64,000 nt of DNA. Origin: Parcubacteria group bacterium Gr01-1014_29. GTDB taxonomy: Bacteria; Patescibacteriota; Minisyncoccia; Ryanbacterales; 2-02-FULL-48-12. Made by a program: the position numbers and the translations under genes. Positions 27,629-37,139 of the stretch are shown piece after piece; the first letter of the stretch is position 1; each line of letters starts with the position of its first letter. The DNA is taken from positions 1,273 through 65,272 of the forward strand of contig VMFT01000002.1 of NCBI GenBank assembly GCA_007376195.1, given 5' to 3'. A model generated the notes under the pieces. It was not told the DNA's origin and did no database searches. It worked only from the letters and a program-made list of their open reading frames with translations.

Positions 27629-28852
27629 ATGACTCAAGACAAAAAATTTCCGGATGGGTTTTTGTGGGGGGCGGCGACGTCAGCTCATCAAGTTGAAGGA
27701 GACAACCGGAACGATTGGACGGAGTGGGAAAAGAAAAACGCCGAGCGGCTTTCAAAAACAAATGGCGCGAAATATCCTCCGGAAAATTATATTTCCGATC
27801 AGGCGTGTGATCACTACAGTCGCTACGAGGAAGATTTTGATATCGCAAAGTCTCTTGGCCACAATGCGCACCGGTTTTCCATTGAGTGGTCTCGCGTGGA
27901 GCCGGAAGAGGGAAAGTTTGATGAGAAAGAAATTGAACACTACCGCGACGTAATCCGCGCGTTACGCGAACGGGGCATGGAGCCGTTTGTAACATTGTGG
28001 CATTGGACAAACCCTATTTGGTTTGCTGAAGCGGGCGGTTGGGAGAATAAAAAAGCGACGGAATATTTTGTGCGCTATGTGGAAAAAGTTGTTGATGTTC
28101 TCGGCGACGTGAAATTTTGGATAACCATGAATGAGCAAGAGGCGTTTGCGCGCCATGGCTACTTTACGAAAGATCGCCCGCCCGCCACCGGCACTATTTT
28201 TACGGCATATCATGTGCTTAAAAAACTGGTTCATGCTCATGAGCAGGCGTATCAAGTTATAAAAAATATACGACCAAAAAGCCTTGTGGGGTTTTCGGAA
28301 AGCCGTGTTTTTTTTGAACCGTATAACAGGTTGCCCCACAATCTCCTTGCGACAAAACTTATTGCGTGGTGGAGGAACAACGCTTTTTTTGATCAGTTTG
28401 TCAAACATTCTGATTTTATTGGCCAGCAGTATTATTTTCACTCAAGGGTACGATTGAATCCGTTTGTGTCCCACTGGGGCTTTCAGTATAACGAAAATAA
28501 GAAAGTAAGCGACATGGGGTGGGAATTGTATCCGGAAGGACTATACCATGTGCTCACGGACTTAACAAAATATAAAAAACCTATTTATATCACAGAGAAC
28601 GGGCTTGCCGATGCACGGGATGAACACCGGGCGTGGTTTATCCGGGAGCATGTTCGTTGGATGAAAAAAGCAATGGATGAAGGGGCTGATGTGCGTGGAT
28701 ATTTTTATTGGTCACTATTGGACAATTTTGAGTGGGACAAAGGATTCTGGCCGCGATTCGGACTCGTGGAGGTGAATTACCAAACGCTCGAGCGAACAAT
28801 TCGCCCGAGCGCGTGGGAGTATAAGAAAATAATTATGGATCATGAAGCGTGA
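27629..28852 (+). CDS. Glycoside hydrolase family 1
   Basis: WGAATSAHQVEG, TMNE, ITENG, WSLLDNFEW. Confidence 0.93.
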   Translation: MTQDKKFPDGFLWGAATSAHQVEGDNRNDWTEWEKKNAERLSKTNGAKYPPENYISDQACDHYSRYEEDFDIAKSLGHNAHRFSIEWSRVEPEEGKFDEKEIEHYRDVIRALRERGMEPFVTLWHWTNPIWFAEAGGWENKKATEYFVRYVEKVVDVLGDVKFWITMNEQEAFARHGYFTKDRPPATGTIFTAYHVLKKLVHAHEQAYQVIKNIRPKSLVGFSESRVFFEPYNRLPHNLLATKLIAWWRNNAFFDQFVKHSDFIGQQYYFHSRVRLNPFVSHWGFQYNENKKVSDMGWELYPEGLYHVLTDLTKYKKPIYITENGLADARDEHRAWFIREHVRWMKKAMDEGADVRGYFYWSLLDNFEWDKGFWPRFGLVEVNYQTLERTIRPSAWEYKKIIMDHEA

Positions 28853-28927
28853 ATCATGAAGCATAAGATATTAAATTCCTCACTTTTATGTTCCATGTTT
28901 CAAGTTTTATGTTATATGCTTTATGAA
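28840..28927. repeat. TGAARCA-type heptamer-periodic hairpin
   Basis: CATGAAGCGTGAATCATGAAGCATAA ... TTATGTTCCATGTTTCAAG...ATGCTTTATGA. Confidence 0.6.
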
Positions 28928-29013
28928 CTGGTTTCTCATATCACTTCTTGCACAATGGGTTACCCCCTGCGAACTCATTTGCTTTTCAAGCGTACATATT
29001 TTATAATACATAC

Positions 29014-29226
29014 ATGACTGTGGTTGAGCAAAAAATATCATTACTGGAAAAAGAAGTACAACAACTTCGCTCGTTTATTATTGGTATCGCAGGAAAAGAT
29101 CCGGAAGGCGACTATAAGCCGGAGTTTGTGGATGATATTTTTAAAGCGCGCAGTGAGAAATCTGCCTATACATTTCATGGAAAATCTTCATTTCTTACCG
29201 AACTGCACCGCCGCAAGGCATCATGA
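29014..29226 (+). CDS. Antitoxin
   Basis: Overlaps the toxin (ATGA); TTGCTT-17-TATAAT 6 nt upstream. Confidence 0.7.
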   Translation: MTVVEQKISLLEKEVQQLRSFIIGIAGKDPEGDYKPEFVDDIFKARSEKSAYTFHGKSSFLTELHRRKAS

Positions 29227-29486
29227 TCCGCGTTCTTACAACAGAACGTTTTCTTGATGGAGCCGCATATTTACCAAAACAGCAACAGCAGAAACTTGCA
29301 AATCTTCTTATAACATTGGAAGAAAATCCCTTTCATCCAAAACTTCGCACAAAATTATTGCGCGGTACGCTCACCGGCCTTTATGCATTTCGTATAACGC
29401 GCGACTGGCGTGTGATCTTTCAATTTCAAGATACACACACCATACTACTCCTCCGCACCGCAAACCGTAAAGACATCTACCGATAA
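29223..29486 (+). CDS. RelE/YafQ-like toxin
   Basis: NPFHPKLRTK...FRITRDWRVIF...RKDIYR. Confidence 0.85.
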   Translation: MIRVLTTERFLDGAAYLPKQQQQKLANLLITLEENPFHPKLRTKLLRGTLTGLYAFRITRDWRVIFQFQDTHTILLLRTANRKDIYR

Positions 29487-29528
29487 ATAGATTTCCTCTC
29501 ACATTCTACTCCACAAAATAACTACTCA

Positions 29529-29617
29529 CTCCTCCCTTTGAAAAAGGGAGGTTGGGAGGGATTTTACAAGATGTATTTTTTAAAAATCCCCCTTATTCCC
29601 CCTTTTACAAAGGGGGA
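29529..29617. repeat. REP-like double hairpin, flanked by an 11-bp direct repeat
   Basis: Same family as 17524; TACTCCACAAA at 29507 and 29639. Confidence 0.7.
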
Positions 29618-29862
29618 ATTTCCCAAGGTGTGAGCAGTTACTCCACAAACTATTGAACTTTGTCCTCGGACTCTGCATTTTAATGCAGGGTCCTTTTTTG
29701 TACGCTAGAATAAAAATGGTAGTAGGTGAATATACGGGAGAAAAGTTGATATGTTTGGTTATTTAGAAAGCGCCTTTTAATTGAAAGGCGTTTTTTCTTT
29801 TGATGAGCTATACTAGAAGTGTATTTTAAACTAACGCCTAAAGCCTAGCGCCTAATTTTTTT

Positions 29863-31737
29863 ATGAACTGGTTTCTTATATCACTTCTCGCACAGGTTGT
29901 TCTTGGCACCGCATCGGTGGTTGATAAGCTGTTCCTCAAAAAATCCTATCCAAATCCGGTAGGGTACACGTTTTGGATAGGAATATTAGGTTTAGTGTCG
30001 GTGTTTCTTTTGCCGTTCGGGTTTGAATGGGCAGAATCTGCAGTAGTGGTGCGTGCGTTGTGGGGAGGCGCTGTGTTTATGGCCGCACTTCTGCTTTTTT
30101 ATTGGGCATTGTATTACGGAGAAGCATCAGGGGCAGTGGTTGCCATTGGCGGTCTTTCGCCGGTAGCAACATTATTTTTTTCTTTTGTGCTCATGGGCGG
30201 TTCGCTTGCATCTTACGAAATTGCAAGCTTTTTTCTTTTGGTAATTGGCAGTTTTCTTCTGTCGTTTACCGCAGAGCGGACCGTGCGCCTGCGCGTGGCA
30301 GGGCTCGTTGCGGCAAGCGCCCTCTTATTTGGGTATTCCAATATTCTTGCCAAGCAAGTGTTTGACGCTACCTCATTTTTCACCGGATTTTTCTGGCTAA
30401 AAATCGGCGGAGTTATTGCGGTGTTCCTACTGTTTTTTTACGCGCCGTGGCGAAAGGCGATTCTCAATCCGGGAGAGAAAGACGAGTTTCATAATCGTCT
30501 TGGCTATTTTACCAACCGAGTGTACGCAGGCGTCGGTTCTATACTAATATATTACGCTATCGCATTAGGCGTGCCGCCGCTGGTGGATGCCATGCAGGCA
30601 GTACGGTTTTTATTTGTGTTTCTCGGCGGTTGGCTGGTGCTTCGTGAGACGTTTCGCGGAAAAATTCTTGCGCTAAAAATCGCCGCGTTTATAATAGTGT
30701 CTCTTGGGGTGTTGTTTCTCGGCGTGGGCACCTATCTCTCACACACAGCGCCAGATCCGAACCGGTCTATCGCGTGGGGAGTTACATTTTCAGAAAAATT
30801 CGCACGGGAATTTTTTGTGCCAAATGACAGTGCGCCCGGTCGGATGACCGGGTCGGATGAGTATTGGAAAAGTAACTATGACGCGATTCTTGATGATCTT
30901 GGCGTGCGGCATCTCCGATTGGTTGCTTACTGGGATCTTCTGGAGCCAACGGAAGGCGTATTTGATTTTTCAGGGCTTGACTATCAAATGCGCCGCGCGG
31001 AGAAAGTCGGGGCGGATGTTATCTTGGTGGTAGGAAAGAAAGTGCCGCGGTGGCCGGAGTGCCACACCCCGCACTGGGTGCGGGAATTTTCAATTTCCAA
31101 TTTTCAATTTCCAAACAAACAAGACGAAAAACTACTGGAGTTTGTTGAAGTAGTTGTAAAAAGATACAACGATTCTCCGGTACTTCGTTATTGGCAGGTG
31201 GAAAATGAACCATTTTTGCCGTTTGGAGAGGGAGCGTGCGCTCTTTCCGGGAAAGAGCTTTTGGAAAACGAAATAGAACTTGTGAAAAAACTAGACCCGG
31301 CGCATCCAGTTGTCATCACGGATTCAGGAGAAATTGGGGCGTGGGTGCGTGCCGCGAAACGCGGGGATGTATTTGGCACCACCATGTATAGAAGAGTACA
31401 CAACGACCGTCTTGGCAACTTCGAATATCCTATTGGTCCGTGGTTTTTCCGCGTGAAAGAAAAAATAGTCCGCTTTTTGCTTCAAGATTACGAGAAAAAA
31501 TTTATAGTGGTTGAACTTGGCATGGAGCCGTGGTTGCCCCAACAGCTCTATGAGACAACGCCGGAGGAACAAATGCAGGTTTTTGATTTTGAGTTTTTCA
31601 AAGATTCTGTGCGATTTGCCAAAGATACGGGGTTTGATGAGTACTATCTGTGGGGTGCTGAATGGTGGTATTGGTTAAAAACAAAACACAACGATCCCCG
31701 GTTTTGGGATGAGACGGGTGAGTTGTTTCCCAACTAA
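29863..31737 (+). CDS. EamA/DMT transporter fused to a clan GH-A glycoside hydrolase domain
   Basis: About 10 TM N-terminal half; RLVAYWD, WQVENEPF, VELGMEPW. Confidence 0.75.
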   Translation: MNWFLISLLAQVVLGTASVVDKLFLKKSYPNPVGYTFWIGILGLVSVFLLPFGFEWAESAVVVRALWGGAVFMAALLLFYWALYYGEASGAVVAIGGLSPVATLFFSFVLMGGSLASYEIASFFLLVIGSFLLSFTAERTVRLRVAGLVAASALLFGYSNILAKQVFDATSFFTGFFWLKIGGVIAVFLLFFYAPWRKAILNPGEKDEFHNRLGYFTNRVYAGVGSILIYYAIALGVPPLVDAMQAVRFLFVFLGGWLVLRETFRGKILALKIAAFIIVSLGVLFLGVGTYLSHTAPDPNRSIAWGVTFSEKFAREFFVPNDSAPGRMTGSDEYWKSNYDAILDDLGVRHLRLVAYWDLLEPTEGVFDFSGLDYQMRRAEKVGADVILVVGKKVPRWPECHTPHWVREFSISNFQFPNKQDEKLLEFVEVVVKRYNDSPVLRYWQVENEPFLPFGEGACALSGKELLENEIELVKKLDPAHPVVITDSGEIGAWVRAAKRGDVFGTTMYRRVHNDRLGNFEYPIGPWFFRVKEKIVRFLLQDYEKKFIVVELGMEPWLPQQLYETTPEEQMQVFDFEFFKDSVRFAKDTGFDEYYLWGAEWWYWLKTKHNDPRFWDETGELFPN

Positions 31738-31753
31738 AGAAAAAACCGGCTTG

Positions 31754-32068
31754 CTACCGGTTTTGTGATTTGAAAGAGGAGTGATGCAAGTTATATTCTT
31801 TGAGATAGTTACGGAGTGTCCGCGTGGTCAATTTTGATATCTGAGCCGCTCTGGTCATGTTGCCTTGCGTTCTAAATAAGATCGCAGTAATGTATTGTTT
31901 CCTAGCGTCTGCGAGTGTCGGCAGTACCTCATCATATTTGATGAGCGGCGAAGGTATTTCGATGTGTGATAAAGAGATTTCAACAGGCGGCAAAGGTATT
32001 TCGTGAAGCTGGAAGAAGTCGCTAGCCCCAACAACTTGTTTATCCACTCGCTTTTTGATATATTGCAA
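31754..32068 (-). CDS. Small Fis-type HTH protein
   Basis: GNMTRAAQISKLTTRTLRNYLKEY. Confidence 0.55.
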   Translation of the reverse strand: MQYIKKRVDKQVVGASDFFQLHEIPLPPVEISLSHIEIPSPLIKYDEVLPTLADARKQYITAILFRTQGNMTRAAQISKLTTRTLRNYLKEYNLHHSSFKSQNR

Positions 32069-32333
32069 CTTTGTTGGTGGTGTGCGATTTTTTCTATAAA
32101 ATTTTTGTTAGAAATATAATCATCCACTTGGCTTTTACTTAGTTCCCGAGTAGTAAAAAGAAACATTAAAATCTCATAGTAAACGTGCTCCGCACTTCTT
32201 TTTAGTTTTTTCTCGGATATACTCATAGCTTTCCAGTGAACGGTTGATTGAGAATTGATTATCTTGGTGTTGGAACTCAAGTTAGGCGCTATCTATCAAC
32301 TCTTGCAAGACATAACTACCCCAGATTTTAATT

Positions 32334-32408
32334 TGGTGTCCTCGGCAGGAATTGAACCTGCATCAAAGGCTTAGGACGCCCCTATTCTGTCCGTTGAACT
32401 ACGAGGAC
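32334..32408 (-). tRNA. tRNA-Arg(CCT)
   Basis: GTCCTCG/CGAGGAC acceptor stem, loop GT-CCT-AA, GGTTCAATTCC, encoded CCA. Confidence 0.85.
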
Positions 32409-33028
32409 ATAATTAACTGATTAAGTCTTTTTATAATGCAAAATATTTCTTTTAATAACAATCCTCCTTTTTTAACTCTGACTCTACACATGCCATATTT
32501 AAGTTTACCTTTCTTTTTACCTTTTAAAACATTCACGCTCGTCTCTTTCCCTAGCTTGATTCCGGTTACTTCAGACCAAAATTTAAGGCAGTTTTTCTTG
32601 TTGAGATCTTCATATATTCTTACTGAAATTTTAAGGTCGCTGTTCTGAATTCCGAAAGTAGTTCGTAAGGTATAAAGAAATAATCTAATTAAATCCGGAT
32701 CAGTATTGGAAAGTCCAAAATCTTTTTTTGATCCCTCAGCCCAATATAAAGAAGTTGCTATAAGGGCTAAATCTTTTCGTGTCAAACAATCCATTAATTG
32801 TTCGGCTTTTCCCTTAGCTGTATCCCAATGTCGCTCAGAAATGATTTTACTTGCATTACGGCGGTTAAGCCATCTTTGATAATGTTTAGGGAGTATGTTA
32901 ATATTTTTTATGTATCTCGATGCGGTTGATTTCGAAATTTCGCACATGCGGCTTATTTCGGGTACACTATAACCCCGAGCTCTTAAACTTCGGATTTCGG
33001 AGATTTTATCATCTTGGATAGGTAGCAT
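32399..33028 (-). CDS. HTH + degenerate LAGLIDADG-like protein
   Basis: GYSVPEISRMCEISKSTASR; LYWAEGSK...SNTDPDLIRLF; stop codon overlaps the tRNA 5' end. Confidence 0.65.
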   Translation of the reverse strand: MLPIQDDKISEIRSLRARGYSVPEISRMCEISKSTASRYIKNINILPKHYQRWLNRRNASKIISERHWDTAKGKAEQLMDCLTRKDLALIATSLYWAEGSKKDFGLSNTDPDLIRLFLYTLRTTFGIQNSDLKISVRIYEDLNKKNCLKFWSEVTGIKLGKETSVNVLKGKKKGKLKYGMCRVRVKKGGLLLKEIFCIIKRLNQLIMSS

Positions 33029-33061
33029 ATACCCAGAGTATCAGTACATACAATTATGTCA

Positions 33062-33098
33062 AGGACGGACTTGCTCTATCCAGTTGAGCTATGGGGGC
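33062..33098 (-). pseudogene. Orphan 5' half of a tRNA-Arg(CCT)
   Basis: GCCCCCATAGCTCAACTGGATAGAGCAAGTCCGTCCT ends at the anticodon. Confidence 0.7.
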
Positions 33099-33119
33099 TT
33101 AGGCCATGGCGGGTAGGTG

Positions 33120-33193
33120 TTTGCTCTATCCGCTCCGACGCTCTGCTTTGCCCGCCCAGAGGCGGGTCCGCCTCGGGCGGAAACTACGAGGGC
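33120..33193 (-). pseudogene. tRNA 5' fragment interrupted by a palindromic element
   Basis: GCCCTCGTAGTT-[TCCGCCCGAGGCGGACCCGCCTCTGGGCGG...]-GGATAGAGCA. Confidence 0.55.
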
Positions 33194-33272
33194 ATGTTGC
33201 CATAGTATAAGAAAATGGTAGTATTGTCTTGTAGCAACTTGAAATACATCAATCCCGAAAAGGAGGGTTTAT

Positions 33273-33734
33273 ATGCCGCTACCTGGAATTCTTGAAAACC
33301 GCTTTTGCCCTCTTTGCGGGTTTCAACTCGAAGGCGATAATTTTCTTGAAACAATAGAGCAAAGCGAAGAAGAATATTATTTGTGCCTGCAAGGTAAACA
33401 CACCGCACCATGTGTGGTGCAAGAAGAACGGCACCACGAAGAATGGCCGGTAAGTTTTTTTGTGGTATGGCGGGCAGACGGCGCAAAAATCAAAAGCGAG
33501 AAGAGATGGTGTTTGTTTTGCGGCTTTCCAACAGATGAATGTTATACATATATTGATTTTACTGCGGAGAGTCAACAAAAAGGGTGTGTGTTCTCTGTTT
33601 GCTCTAGCGTAGAATCCCATGCGTGGCAAGAAGTTCATAATGAGACATGCATTTTCTTTGTAGAGGAAACAGTAGAGAAGTTGGCTCTTTTAGAGCACAT
33701 GTTCATGTTTCTTAGTTGGGGGTTGCCAAATTGA
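33273..33734 (+). CDS. Cys-rich hypothetical protein
   Basis: AAAGGAGG SD; two CxxCG motifs. Confidence 0.6.
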   Translation: MPLPGILENRFCPLCGFQLEGDNFLETIEQSEEEYYLCLQGKHTAPCVVQEERHHEEWPVSFFVVWRADGAKIKSEKRWCLFCGFPTDECYTYIDFTAESQQKGCVFSVCSSVESHAWQEVHNETCIFFVEETVEKLALLEHMFMFLSWGLPN

Positions 33735-33941
33735 TTAAGTCGCTCCCCATTATGCTTTTCGCACGGTGTCTTGTTGCGAAAAGCATTTTATTTTGCCATA
33801 CATTATTATGTATACTAAGCGGTGTGTAACCCGCCCATAGCTCCCTCCTTCACTCGCCTTCGGCGAGCTTCGGAAGGGCACGCATCTCAATAACACGATG
33901 TTAGTCCTTCTGAAGCTAAGCGAATGCTTAGCGTAGGAGGA

Positions 33942-34014
<73 letters not shown>

Positions 34015-34067
34015 CACTTAGAAAAAGGCAAGCCAGAGGAAGCCGCCTCGCTTCGCTCGGCGACTGA

Positions 34068-34472
34068 TTGGTATTCAATTTTGTGGGTCTGAAAAACATT
34101 TTTGCAATCTCGATTCCGATTTTCATAGCACATGGGCTAGAAGAATACTTTACGGGATTTTTTAACATTGATAACATTTCCCGATTTGTTTTCAGCCCAC
34201 TTGAAACCATGCCTCTTCTCCAGGCCACTTTTCTGCTTTTCCAAATTATGATTTGGTTGCTTCTCATAATTTCTTTGCTCTTAATCACGAGTGAAAAATG
34301 GCAATCGCGTTTAATGATAATTCCAGGACTGATTTATATTTTTGAGTTGCACCATTTGTGGAAGGCGCTAATCTCTGGGGGCTATTATCCCGGACTAATA
34401 ACCGCAATTGCTTTTCCGATAATCGGCTTTCTATTTTGGAAAGAATTGTTAAAGCACTACAAACATGTTTAG
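34068..34472 (+). CDS. HXXEE-domain membrane protein
   Basis: AHGLEEY, YYPGLITA; start uncertain. Confidence 0.7.
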   Translation: MVFNFVGLKNIFAISIPIFIAHGLEEYFTGFFNIDNISRFVFSPLETMPLLQATFLLFQIMIWLLLIISLLLITSEKWQSRLMIIPGLIYIFELHHLWKALISGGYYPGLITAIAFPIIGFLFWKELLKHYKHV

Positions 34473-34725
34473 AGTTATTGCTTTCGCAAATACTTTCGCC
34501 ATTATTGATTTGATACTCCATCAACTTTTCCATCTGTGGATTTCTGTCGCGCCACGCTCGTATGAATGGGCGATGAATTTGTTTGTCGCTGGTCTTCATC
34601 TCCAAGTAACTGATTTTGATAGCAGTTTTACTCATGTTGCCTTGGGTACCATAGTTGAAGCATCGGCTTTCTGGATTCTTGGTGCTTCATTTGCATTGAT
34701 TTACAATCGGCTATCAAAGTCATAG
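34465..34725 (+). CDS. Small membrane protein
   Basis: Overlaps the previous stop; hydrophobic. Confidence 0.55.
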   Translation: MFRVIAFANTFAIIDLILHQLFHLWISVAPRSYEWAMNLFVAGLHLQVTDFDSSFTHVALGTIVEASAFWILGASFALIYNRLSKS

Positions 34726-34984
34726 GATTAGTTGCCGCCAAAGAAAAACTTGTTCCCGTTTTATCTGGCAAAATGAAGTTACAAAACGCAATCCCGCCTT
34801 CTAAAATTTTAAATAAGTGGCGGGAACATTGTCATCCTCCTTCGCCAAGGCTACGGAAGGACAAGTCGGTGCGGCTCCGCCGCCTTTCGGATTTTTCGCG
34901 GGGGGTTCCTCGCCCTTCGACAAGCTCACTATTTTAAGAATACCGGACACTTGTTTTATTCCTCTTATTTGCTATGCTGTAAGC

Positions 34985-35218
34985 ATGAAAAAACATAAAG
35001 AAATAATCTATCAATACGAGGTTCTTTTTGACCCAAATGGGGTGGGATATACCGTTACGGTACCCAAACTCCCCGGACTTGTTACTGAAGGGAACAATTT
35101 AAAAGACGCGCGGGAAATGGCAAAAGATGCTATTCGGTGTTACCTCGGAGCAATCTTAAAAGAAAAAGCTATTGCTTTCGGAACCACACGACATGAGAGG
35201 ATCAGAGTAGCAGTATAA
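34985..35218 (+). CDS. hicB: HicB-family antitoxin
   Basis: GYTVTVPKLPGLVTEG...AREMAKDAI. Confidence 0.88.
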   Translation: MKKHKEIIYQYEVLFDPNGVGYTVTVPKLPGLVTEGNNLKDAREMAKDAIRCYLGAILKEKAIAFGTTRHERIRVAV

Positions 35219-35227
35219 TTTTACTTT

Positions 35228-35455
35228 GTGCCAAAACTTCCGCGTATACCATCTTCGTTGGTAATTCGAGCTCTCAAACGGGCTCATTTTTACGAATTTC
35301 ATCAATCGGGAAGCCATGTACAACTTCGACATCCTGATACACAGGAGTTGCGAGTCACAATACCATTTCATAGGAAAGATTTAACACCAAAAACACTGAA
35401 ATCAATTATTCAACAAGCTGGTTTAACTGTCGAAGAATTTATTAAATTGCTCTAA
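35228..35455 (+). CDS. hicA: HicA-family toxin
   Basis: QSGSHV...VTIPFH...KTLKSIIQQAGL. Confidence 0.9.
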   Translation: MPKLPRIPSSLVIRALKRAHFYEFHQSGSHVQLRHPDTQELRVTIPFHRKDLTPKTLKSIIQQAGLTVEEFIKLL

Positions 35456-35483
35456 TCTGGCAGGAGCTCCCTGTCTTTTGATT

Positions 35484-35705
35484 TTACTTTGTTTGTCTGG
35501 AGCCATGTTTTTGCCCGCCCCTTAGGGGCGAGGTCTCGTCTTTGGCGGAGGCGGAAAACCACGCTTTTATTTTATCCCAAAATAGTATTCGAATTCCAAT
35601 AAATTCCAGACCAACAAAAATCAACCAAGAACCCGGTGTAAAAGGCGTAACCAGAGCCAAAAGACCGATAACGATTAAGAGAATGCCGATTGTTTTTTTA
35701 ACCAC
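35484..35705 (-). CDS. Small membrane protein (PGPGW-like) with a palindrome-derived tail
   Basis: LVTPFTPGSWLIFVG. Confidence 0.6.
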   Translation of the reverse strand: MVKKTIGILLIVIGLLALVTPFTPGSWLIFVGLEFIGIRILFWDKIKAWFSASAKDETSPLRGGQKHGSRQTK

Positions 35706-35749
35706 AGATTTACACTTACATTATAGATTTTTCTCTCCTTGATATATTG

Positions 35750-35820
35750 TCGGGGTAGGCGGAATCGGACCGCCACTACAAGACCCCCAGCCTTGCGTAC
35801 TACCACTATACTATACCCCG
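35750..35820 (-). tRNA. tRNA-Pro(GGG)
   Basis: CGGGGTA/TACCCCG acceptor, CT-GGG-GG loop; T-loop reads TCCGATT. Confidence 0.8.
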
Positions 35821-35888
35821 CTACTTCTATTTTGGCATATGAAAAAAGGAGCTCCAACTCCCTCTTGTCCCTCTTCGCTTACAACTTG

Positions 35889-36092
35889 TTACTTGGTACT
35901 TACTGCTAATTTGAGATGCTTCCCGCCTTTGAGACACCGGGTGCATATTTTTATGCGCCTGCCCGTTGCCAACGTTGCCCATTGAAGATTGGGATAATGC
36001 CGTTTCCATTGCACGGGGTTGTAGTGCGCGCGCAGCAGACTGCGTTCACCACCCATGCGTGAAGTTTTATTGCAGGTTGGACACGATTTCAT
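35889..36092 (-). CDS. rpmB: 50S ribosomal protein L28
   Basis: CPTC...KRHYPNLQW...KICTRCLK. Confidence 0.8.
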   Translation of the reverse strand: MKSCPTCNKTSRMGGERSLLRAHYNPVQWKRHYPNLQWATLATGRRIKICTRCLKGGKHLKLAVSTK

Positions 36093-36186
36093 GGTCTTAT
36101 TTCTAGCAAATTTATTGTGAGTACGCAATAGACCAACATTCAATTGGGAGTTGTAAATTGAAAATCATTTCTCTATTATAATGATT

Positions 36187-36867
36187 ATGGATACAAGCGC
36201 TCTGAGTTTTATATTCCAAATAGCCATACTCGTTATGTCTGTGGTAATTCATGAAGTATCGCACGGTTTTATGGCTTATGCGCTGGGCGATCCTACCGCC
36301 AAATATGCCGGGCGGCTTACCTTAAATCCGATACCGCATATTGATCCGTTTGGTTCGATTATACTTCCGTTTGTTCTTTCCTTGTTGCCGGGCGGGATAG
36401 TGTTTGGCTATGCAAAACCAGTGCCTTATAATCCTTACAATCTTCGTGACCAAAAATGGGGCCCCGCATTAGTGGCTGGCGTGGGTCCGCTTTCAAATCT
36501 GTTTGTTGCGTTCGTGTTTGGACTCATTATCCGTTTTGGCGCGACTACTTCATTTGCGATCCCCGCTGCATTTTTTGAAATTGCATCCCTTATTGTTCTT
36601 TTAAATATTGTGCTTGCGGTATTCAACTTGGTGCCAATACCGCCGCTTGATGGCTCGCGCGTGCTCTTTACACTGCTTCCATACCACATGGATCACATCC
36701 GGCAGTTTCTGGAACAATATGGCTATATCTTACTGCTTGTGTTTATTTTCTTTTTCTTCCACATACTGCATCCTATCATCGAACAATTATTTTATTGGTT
36801 TACAGGTTTAGGGCCCAACCTCCTGGGGGATTTCATTGAATGTTTTCGCCATGGTTGTTCTTTATGA
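36187..36867 (+). CDS. Site-2 protease (M50)
   Basis: HEVSH, NLVPIPPLDG. Confidence 0.92.
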   Translation: MDTSALSFIFQIAILVMSVVIHEVSHGFMAYALGDPTAKYAGRLTLNPIPHIDPFGSIILPFVLSLLPGGIVFGYAKPVPYNPYNLRDQKWGPALVAGVGPLSNLFVAFVFGLIIRFGATTSFAIPAAFFEIASLIVLLNIVLAVFNLVPIPPLDGSRVLFTLLPYHMDHIRQFLEQYGYILLLVFIFFFFHILHPIIEQLFYWFTGLGPNLLGDFIECFRHGCSL

Positions 36868-36938
36868 TCATGGATGATAATGAGTTATACGGACGTAACT
36901 TCTTGCTTTCCGCGGCTTACTGTGATACAAATGCCAAT

Positions 36939-37139
36939 ATGCAGCAGGTTGTTGAACAAAAAATGAATTATGGAAAGGTGCTGGAACGGCAGGAAATTAT
37001 CCTGCGGGAGATTGATCAGATCAAAACTAAGATGCGACTACTTGGTTCTTTGGGTCGCTTCAAGGAAGTTGCACGGAGAGGGCAGCAATTTGCAAAGAAA
37101 CATGGGATAACACAAAAAGACGTTCTTGAGAATGATTAA
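36939..37139 (+). CDS. Putative antitoxin
   Basis: Small ORF overlapping the PIN gene. Confidence 0.65.
   Translation: MQQVVEQKMNYGKVLERQEIILREIDQIKTKMRLLGSLGRFKEVARRGQQFAKKHGITQKDVLEND

Noticed and set aside
32334-33098. Single intron-split tRNA
   Set aside because: The downstream tRNA is already complete, and the orphan half's acceptor and anticodon strands do not pair with its 3' half.
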